Shown here one piece after another: positions 58,073 through 64,000 of a DNA stretch of 64,000 nt; position 1 is the stretch's first letter, and each line of letters opens with the position of its first letter. The translations under genes were made by a program, and so were the position numbers. The notes beneath the pieces are model-generated. The model was not told where the DNA came from. It did not search any database and worked only from the letters and a program-made list of their open reading frames with translations. Where the stretch lies: positions 96,001 through 160,000 of the forward strand of contig JAVJQW010000055.1 in the NCBI GenBank assembly GCA_040218735.1. The letters are read 5' to 3'. Source of the stretch: Deltaproteobacteria bacterium. GTDB lineage: Bacteria; Myxococcota; Kuafuiibacteriia; Kuafuiibacteriales; Kuafuiibacteriaceae.

Positions 58073-58088
58073 TGGCCGGGGTCTTGCT
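58073..58088 (+). promoter_or_regulatory. Putative sigma54 promoter
   Basis: TGGCCG-GGGTC-TTGCT (GG-N10-GC), 12 nt before ATG at 58101. Confidence 0.6.
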
Positions 58089-58100
58089 TTACGAGCGGGT

Positions 58101-59036
58101 ATGACCGACGTCCGCCGAACCCGCGCCCCCGCGGCGCCCCCGTCCCTTCCTCCCCAGTCGAAGGAGGTGCCCACGAAGCCGCCGCCGCTCGACCGGTCCG
58201 AGGTCGCCGCGCCGAACCGGATCGCCGAGGCGATGAAGGTCGAGCCGGCGGCGCTGTCGTTGGCGCCGACGCCCGAGCTGAAGGCGCTGTCGAAGGCGTT
58301 CAAGTCGGCGGTGAAGGACGGGCTCGACCCCGAGGAGCTCACGTCGCTGCGGGCGCGGGCCGACACGATCGACGACGTCGTCCAGCGCGACCTCGCGCAC
58401 TCTGCGCTCGACAAGATCGAGGCGCAGTCGAAGGGCGGCCTCACGGACGCGCACCGCGCGATGCTCGGCGACGATCTGATCGACGGCTACACGGAGCGCG
58501 CCGTCGCGATCCTCGGGCACCCGGCGCTCGAGCAGCTCGCGAAGGACCCAAAGTGGAAGCGACCACACGACGAGCTCGCGATGTTCCTCGTGCGGTACGC
58601 AAACGACCCGGTGTACCTCGCGACGATCGAACGACACGTCACGGCATCGGGCGGCATCACGAACGCCCATCAGATGGCGGTCGGTGAGGACCACGCGCTG
58701 CATCGCGTGGACGCGTACTTCGGCCAATGCAACGAGACGCAAGCGCGCACGCGCGAGATCTTCGAGGGCCTCGACGAGCGCCTCGGCGGCACGACGCTGA
58801 AGGGCTTCGACGTCACGGAACGCTCCACCGTGCTCCTCGCCTACGGGCTGATGGGCGACGGTCCGGGTGACCATCACTTCCTCTACGGGCTCGAGGTCCC
58901 CGGCGCGGGGCCGCTCTACGTGGACCCGTGGGTGGACCAGCGCGCCGACGCAGCGAGCATCAAGACGCCGGAGGCGTACAAGAAGTCACGCGACAAGTGG
59001 GACGCGTTCCACGTCTACACCGAAGGGCGGAGGTGA
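58101..59036 (+). CDS. Hypothetical protein with possible papain/transglutaminase-like Cys-His-Asp domain
   Basis: Pro-rich N-terminus; GQCNE, DHHFL, YVDPW in the C-terminal third. Confidence 0.55.
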   Translation: MTDVRRTRAPAAPPSLPPQSKEVPTKPPPLDRSEVAAPNRIAEAMKVEPAALSLAPTPELKALSKAFKSAVKDGLDPEELTSLRARADTIDDVVQRDLAHSALDKIEAQSKGGLTDAHRAMLGDDLIDGYTERAVAILGHPALEQLAKDPKWKRPHDELAMFLVRYANDPVYLATIERHVTASGGITNAHQMAVGEDHALHRVDAYFGQCNETQARTREIFEGLDERLGGTTLKGFDVTERSTVLLAYGLMGDGPGDHHFLYGLEVPGAGPLYVDPWVDQRADAASIKTPEAYKKSRDKWDAFHVYTEGRR

Positions 59037-59039
59037 GTC

Positions 59040-60389
59040 CTACTGGTGCTCGCCCATCGTGATCGCGTGGGTGACACGCGCCGGATCGGAGTCGCCGTTG
59101 GCGTCGATCGCGAAGCTCAGCTGGTAGAGCGTCTCGCTCGCCTCGTGCAGGTACCAACCGTGGTGGGTGTCGCCCGACTCGCCGTGCTCGACCCAGGTCA
59201 TGCGCGGCGAGAGTTTGTACCCGGCGTCGTCGACGACGCGCCCGCGGCTGACGTCGAACGTCGGGCCGTTCTGCAAGAAGGCTTGCACGGGGAAGCTCGT
59301 GGTGAACTCTTCGGAGCCCGCAGCACGCCCGACGGAGCCGAGGTGCGCGACCCCCTGCTCGGCGTCGACCACGACCACGTGGCGTCGTCCGTCGCGGCTC
59401 GACAGATCGATCGCCGGGAGCGGCGTGTTGCCTTCGCCGGCGGCGAGGAACTGCGTGCCGTCGAACGTCGGCGGCGAGATCTGAGAGCCCGCGTAGGCTT
59501 CGGAGTTCAAGGACTCGATCGACGTGAGCCGAAGTCCCTCCGGGCCCCGGTCGAGGCGGCCTTCGATCACCGCGTGGTCCCCGGGTCGAAGCCCGGGCAG
59601 GTCCGACATCGCGCCGAGGTGGATCGAAACGGGCTCTTCGTTCTCGTCCAGGAGGTGCCGCGCGCCGTTGAGCCAAACGGCCGTGTCGATGAGGAGGTAG
59701 AGGTCCGTCGCTTCGGCCCCCCCTTCGGCGCCCGGGGCGACACCCCGGACGACCTGACCCTGCACCTCTCGCGGGAGCCCCGCGACGACGTTGTCGATGC
59801 CGTCGACGACGGGAACGAACGCGCCGTCTTGGAGTTTGGCGCTGACGTGGCCGGTGACGTCGCCGAGGCCGCCCGGGCTGAGGCCGGCGGTGGCTTCGCT
59901 CCCGGCGACGCCGAGGTAGATGCGGTCGAAGGGGACGCCGTCGATGACGAAGTGGTCTTGGTTCCTCAGCGGCACGAGCCACAGGCCGTCGGCCCCGCCG
60001 CCGGGCACGGCGCCCTGCTGCACCTCACCGCGGAGCGTGACGGGCTCGGCGGTCTGGATGGCCTCGCGCACCTCGGTGACCGGTGAGGCGTCGTGGGAGT
60101 CGGCGAGGCCGCAGCCCGCCATGAAGGGGAGGGTGGTCGCCGCGATCATCGCGATGGCGCCGGCCTTGAGGAGCTGCCCGCCAAACGGGCTCCAAGCGCG
60201 GCGTTGTTGCCCGGGGAGGCCGCCGGAGCGCGGCGCGTCGGGCTCGACCAGCGCGGGGGTGGTGCTGGAGGGCGGCGCGTCGTCGTGAATCTGGACCGCG
60301 GCGACGGTTGCGCTGCGGTCGGCGCCCTGCACGTTGTTCATGCCCCCGGGTATCGGCGGGGCCGGACCGATCGTTGTGTTCCCCGGCAC
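59040..60389 (-). CDS. Hypothetical protein with internal lipoprotein-like signal
   Basis: GC3-biased ORF; hydrophobic stretch plus FMAGC at about residue 93; duplicated segment (GEVQQGAVPGG / GQVVRGVAPGA). Start uncertain (60389 or 60342). Confidence 0.55.
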   Translation of the reverse strand: MPGNTTIGPAPPIPGGMNNVQGADRSATVAAVQIHDDAPPSSTTPALVEPDAPRSGGLPGQQRRAWSPFGGQLLKAGAIAMIAATTLPFMAGCGLADSHDASPVTEVREAIQTAEPVTLRGEVQQGAVPGGGADGLWLVPLRNQDHFVIDGVPFDRIYLGVAGSEATAGLSPGGLGDVTGHVSAKLQDGAFVPVVDGIDNVVAGLPREVQGQVVRGVAPGAEGGAEATDLYLLIDTAVWLNGARHLLDENEEPVSIHLGAMSDLPGLRPGDHAVIEGRLDRGPEGLRLTSIESLNSEAYAGSQISPPTFDGTQFLAAGEGNTPLPAIDLSSRDGRRHVVVVDAEQGVAHLGSVGRAAGSEEFTTSFPVQAFLQNGPTFDVSRGRVVDDAGYKLSPRMTWVEHGESGDTHHGWYLHEASETLYQLSFAIDANGDSDPARVTHAITMGEHQ

Positions 60390-60481
60390 AGAAAACTTCA
60401 GCGGAGGCGACGAACGGGTCAGATGTCCCTCGACCTTCGGTCGGGTTTCGCGCGCACACGCCGAATTGGTATGGAGCGCGG

Positions 60482-61756
60482 GTGCGGCGCATCGAACCTT
60501 CGCTGAATCTCAACGTCCGCGGCATGACGCCGTCGGCCACGGTCGCGATCAACGAGCGCTCCAACGCGATGCTCGCGGCGGGGCGGACCGTCTACAAGCT
60601 GGGCCTGGGGCAGTCCCCCTTCCCGGTGCCCAACGTCGTGGTCCAGACCCTGAGGGACGCCGCGCACGAGAAGGACTACCTCCCCGTCGTGGGGCTGCCG
60701 GCGCTTCGCGCCGCGGTCGCGGCGTACCACGGACGGCAGGGCGTGACGTTCGCGCCCGAGGACGTGTTGATCGGCCCGGGTTCGAAGGAGCTGATGTTCA
60801 TCCTGCAGCTCGTCTTCTACGGCGAGCTCGTGATCCCCACGCCGTCGTGGGTGAGCTACGCGCCGCAGGCGAAGATCATCGGGCGTAGCGTTCGGTGGGT
60901 CGACACCTGGCGCGACAACCGCCACAAGCTCACCGCCGACGCGCTCCGTTCTTGTTTCGCGGAGGATCCGGATCGTCCGCGCCTCGTCATCCTCAACTAC
61001 CCGAACAACCCGACCGGCTATTCGTACGACGCCGACGAGCTCGCGGCGATCGCCGAGGTCGCACGCGAGTACGGAGCGCTGCTGTTGTCCGACGAGATCT
61101 ACGGCGAGCTCCACCACGAGGGCGAGCACGTCTCGATCGCGACGATGTACCCCGAAGGCACGATCATCAGCGCGGGCCTGTCGAAGTGGTGCGGCGCGGG
61201 CGGGTGGCGCCTCGGGACGTTCAGCTTCCCGCCGCAGCTCGCGTGGCTTCGCGACGCGATGGCGACCGTCGCGAGTGAGACGTTCACTTCGACGTCGGCG
61301 CCGATTCAGTACGCGGCGGTCACGGCGTTCGACGGTGATGCCTCGATCGAGAAGTACCTCGTCGATTCGCGGCGGGTGTTGCGCGGCCTCGGGCGGTGGT
61401 GCGCAGCGCGTCTTCGCGCCGCCGGTGCCTCGGTCGACGATCCCGACGGCGGCTTCTACCTCATGCCCGACTTCTCGCCGCTCGACGCTCGCCTGCGCGC
61501 GCGGGGGATCGACACGAGCCGTGCGCTCGCCGAGCGTGCGCTCGAGGCGACCGGGACCGCGTTCCTGCCAGGGGAGGACTTCGGCCGCGACCCGCGCGAG
61601 CTCACCGCGCGCTTGGCCTACGTCGACTTCGACGGCGCGGCGGCGCTCGAGGCGGTGGCGGCGGTCGACGGGGAGCCCGACGACGCGTTCTACGCCCGAA
61701 CCTGCCCGCGTGTGGTGGCTGGGATCGAGGCGCTGGCGGGCTGGGTCGACGGCTGA
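60482..61756 (+). CDS. Class I/II PLP-dependent aminotransferase
   Basis: GLGQSPFP, GPGSKE, NYPNNPTG, SDEIY, LSKWCGAGGWRLG. Start uncertain. Confidence 0.92.
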   Translation: MRRIEPSLNLNVRGMTPSATVAINERSNAMLAAGRTVYKLGLGQSPFPVPNVVVQTLRDAAHEKDYLPVVGLPALRAAVAAYHGRQGVTFAPEDVLIGPGSKELMFILQLVFYGELVIPTPSWVSYAPQAKIIGRSVRWVDTWRDNRHKLTADALRSCFAEDPDRPRLVILNYPNNPTGYSYDADELAAIAEVAREYGALLLSDEIYGELHHEGEHVSIATMYPEGTIISAGLSKWCGAGGWRLGTFSFPPQLAWLRDAMATVASETFTSTSAPIQYAAVTAFDGDASIEKYLVDSRRVLRGLGRWCAARLRAAGASVDDPDGGFYLMPDFSPLDARLRARGIDTSRALAERALEATGTAFLPGEDFGRDPRELTARLAYVDFDGAAALEAVAAVDGEPDDAFYARTCPRVVAGIEALAGWVDG

Positions 61757-61801
61757 GGGAAAGTGGCCACGGGGCCGACAATGGGCTACTTGGCACGTTG
61801 G

Positions 61802-63355
61802 ATGCGCCCGTCCTGGATCGTCCTCGCGCTCGCGGTTCTCGCGGCGCGTCCGGCCTTCGCCGACGCCAACGCGGCGCTGGAGAAGGATCACGGTTGGCCC
61901 GCGGGGAGCATCCAGGAGCAGCTCGATCGGGATCCGACGCTCGTGCCGTTCGGCAAGGGCTCGATCTTCGTCCCGTCGATCACCAACCCCCTCGACGAAC
62001 CGCCGGTGACGGTCTCGCGCGGCTCGCAGCGCGTCGCTGAGGGGACGACCGGCGTGCGGATCGTCGTCGCGCCCGGGACGTACGAGGTGCGGCTGGGCTC
62101 CGGCCCGGTCGAGCAGCGGATGCGTTTTCAGGCCACCGTCCGCGAGCGGATGACGACGGTGCTCCCGGTGTCGTGGGCCGCGCTGTCCGTGCACGTCGTG
62201 GACGAGCAGTTCGGCAGTCTTCGCGGCGCCTACGAGATGATCCGCGTCGACGATCGCGAGTACATCGGTATCGGCTTCGGCACCGACGAGCAGGCCGGTG
62301 AGCCGCTGTCCACCTGGATCCTCCCGGCCGGCCTCTACAAGATCGTTCGGCTCGGCGAGACGTACCGCGCACGTCGTGACTTCTCGACCGTTCGCCTCGA
62401 GAGCGCCGCGCACACACACTTCATCCTCGTGCAGGATCAGAACGGTGAGTTCCGCGGCGCGGGTGAAGTGCCGGTCGAGGAGATCTTCCGCGCGTCGGAG
62501 GGGGTGAGCGGCTCGCTGATCGTCGGCGCCGACGCGTCCCTCAACTCTCGACGCAACGCGCTCGGGCTCGACGACGGCGAAGCGTTCTCGGGGCGCCTCT
62601 TCGTCGACGCACGCCTCACGGTCCAGATCCTCGACAATCCGCTCGTGCTCCGGCTGCAGGTCGCGGAGGGGCAGACCAAAGCGCTGGACGCGCCGTGGCA
62701 AAAGACCGACGACATCGTCGACCTCGACGCGCTGTACCTCTATCGCTGGACGCCGGTCCTGGGCCCCTACTTCCGGGTCGGCGCGGACACGCGGCTCCTG
62801 CCGGGCTTTGCGTTCTTCGAGCCCGCGACCGTCGAACGGAACTACGGCGACGGACGCGTCGAGCGCACCGGCGCCCGGCACACCTCGGCGAAGCTCTCGC
62901 GCGCGTTCGGCCTGTCGACGTTCCGCGAGGGCGGCGGCCTCAACATGCGCGTCATCAAGACGCTGCTGGCGGAGATGAACGTGCGCCTCGGGTTGGGCGG
63001 ACGTCACCGCTTCGCGCGCAACCTCTTCGAGGTGACCGAGGACCGGGACAGCGGGACCGAGGGGCTCGTACGGCTCAACGAGATCGAGTCGAGCCAGCTC
63101 GTGGGTGCCGAGGGCACGGTGCTGCTCCTCGCGCGCCTGACGCGCTGGGTGTTCATCACGGCGGAGGCGGAGGTCTTCCTCCCGACCGTCGGCTTCTCCG
63201 AGACGATCTTGGAGCTCGAGGCGGGCGTCGCGATCAAGCTCACGAGTTACCTCGCGCTCAACTACCTCGCCCGCTTCAGGCGTGACCCCGGGCTTCAGGA
63301 GCGAGATTCCATTCAACAGAACGTCGTGCTGCGTTTCTCCTGGGAGCTGCTGTGA
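61802..63355 (+). CDS. Secreted protein, probable C-terminal outer-membrane beta-barrel
   Basis: Signal peptide ending AFA; beta-rich N-terminal domains (VAPGTYEV, LPAGLYKI); amphipathic C-terminal strands. Confidence 0.55.
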   Translation: MRPSWIVLALAVLAARPAFADANAALEKDHGWPAGSIQEQLDRDPTLVPFGKGSIFVPSITNPLDEPPVTVSRGSQRVAEGTTGVRIVVAPGTYEVRLGSGPVEQRMRFQATVRERMTTVLPVSWAALSVHVVDEQFGSLRGAYEMIRVDDREYIGIGFGTDEQAGEPLSTWILPAGLYKIVRLGETYRARRDFSTVRLESAAHTHFILVQDQNGEFRGAGEVPVEEIFRASEGVSGSLIVGADASLNSRRNALGLDDGEAFSGRLFVDARLTVQILDNPLVLRLQVAEGQTKALDAPWQKTDDIVDLDALYLYRWTPVLGPYFRVGADTRLLPGFAFFEPATVERNYGDGRVERTGARHTSAKLSRAFGLSTFREGGGLNMRVIKTLLAEMNVRLGLGGRHRFARNLFEVTEDRDSGTEGLVRLNEIESSQLVGAEGTVLLLARLTRWVFITAEAEVFLPTVGFSETILELEAGVAIKLTSYLALNYLARFRRDPGLQERDSIQQNVVLRFSWELL

Positions 63356-64000
63356 TGGTCGAGCTCGAGGGGGCCATGGTCGTCGACGCGGTGCCCGCGC
63401 TCTCGAAGCGCCTCGCGGCGATCTCCGGACCGGGCGAGAAGGTCGAGCTGGATCTGTCGGCGGTGACGGACATCGACAGCTCGGGCGTCGCGCTGCTGTC
63501 GCTGTTCCTGCGCCGGATGGAGGCGTCGGGCCGCGACGTCGCGCTGGTCCGGGTGCCCGAGCGCGTGAAGCGAACGCTCGAGCTCTTCCCGTTCGTCGAC
63601 GCGCGGGTGCAGGAGGCGGAGGACCGCGGGTCGATCTTCGATCGGGTCGGCAGGTGGGCCGAGGGGATCGTCAACCTCGTGCTGCACTTCCTGGTCGTCG
63701 TCGCCGACACGACCTGGTTCGTCGCGACGGGGGTCTTCAAGAAGCGGGGCGTGCGGTGGCACGTCGTGATCTACGAGATGGCGCAGATGGGCTCGAAGGC
63801 CCTCGCCGTCGTGGCGCTGATCGCGTTCCTGGTCGGCGCGACGATGGCGCTGCAGAGCGCGGCGCAGCTGCGGCAGTTCGGCGCCGACATCTTCGTCGTG
63901 GATCTCATCGGCATCTCCATGACCCGCGAGCTCGGTCCGCTGATGGCCGCCATCGTCGTCGCGGGCCGCTCCGGATCCGCGGTCGCGGCGGAGATCGGCA
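63355..64000 (+). CDS. mlaE: STAS-MlaE lipid ABC transporter permease (3' partial; absent from ORF track)
   Basis: MVELEG...LDLSAVTDIDSSGVALL (STAS), then QLRQFGA, RELGPLMAAIVVAGRSGSAVAAEIG. Confidence 0.9.
   Translation, partial: MVELEGAMVVDAVPALSKRLAAISGPGEKVELDLSAVTDIDSSGVALLSLFLRRMEASGRDVALVRVPERVKRTLELFPFVDARVQEAEDRGSIFDRVGRWAEGIVNLVLHFLVVVADTTWFVATGVFKKRGVRWHVVIYEMAQMGSKALAVVALIAFLVGATMALQSAAQLRQFGADIFVVDLIGISMTRELGPLMAAIVVAGRSGSAVAAEIG

Noticed and set aside
61791-61806. TGGCACG-TTGG-ATGC sigma54-like motif
   Set aside because: It overlaps the likely ATG (61802), so the implied TSS would fall inside the signal peptide coding region.

Overview
A GC-rich, gene-dense 64 kb window, probably from Myxococcota (MYXO-CTERM tail, many Cys-rich lipoproteins). 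I found no rRNA, tRNA, CRISPR array or mobile element. Housekeeping and envelope genes (xth, apaH, htpG, LMW-PTP, alpha-2-macroglobulin, MscS, LysR, aminotransferase, partial mlaE) flank a ~25 kb lipid-centred block at 21.6-46.1 kb with two converging halves. (1) An exported lipid-processing module: two GMC oxidoreductases (one with a Tat partner), a Ser->Ala pseudo-lipase paired with an intact lipase, a small protein sharing their 6-Cys/CX9C pattern, and an MMPL + LolA-like + OM-barrel trio. (2) A tightly coupled 10-gene biosynthetic operon behind a consensus sigma54 promoter: FAAL, two KAS III (one His->Gln), two ACPs, a lone carboxyltransferase, a GH3 acyl-amido synthetase, an LbH acyltransferase and an AMP-ligase. 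Its last gene, which the ORF track truncates, is a UxxC ArsC/Spx-family selenoprotein with an in-frame UGA and a SECIS-like hairpin. An SDR and a second MMPL sit next to the operon. Other oddities are a heme/His-rich lipoprotein operon with a CX6CH motif, a large membrane P-loop protein coupled to MscS, and a sigma54-driven orphan with a Cys-His-Asp triad. All calls come from reading motifs by eye; no searches were run.
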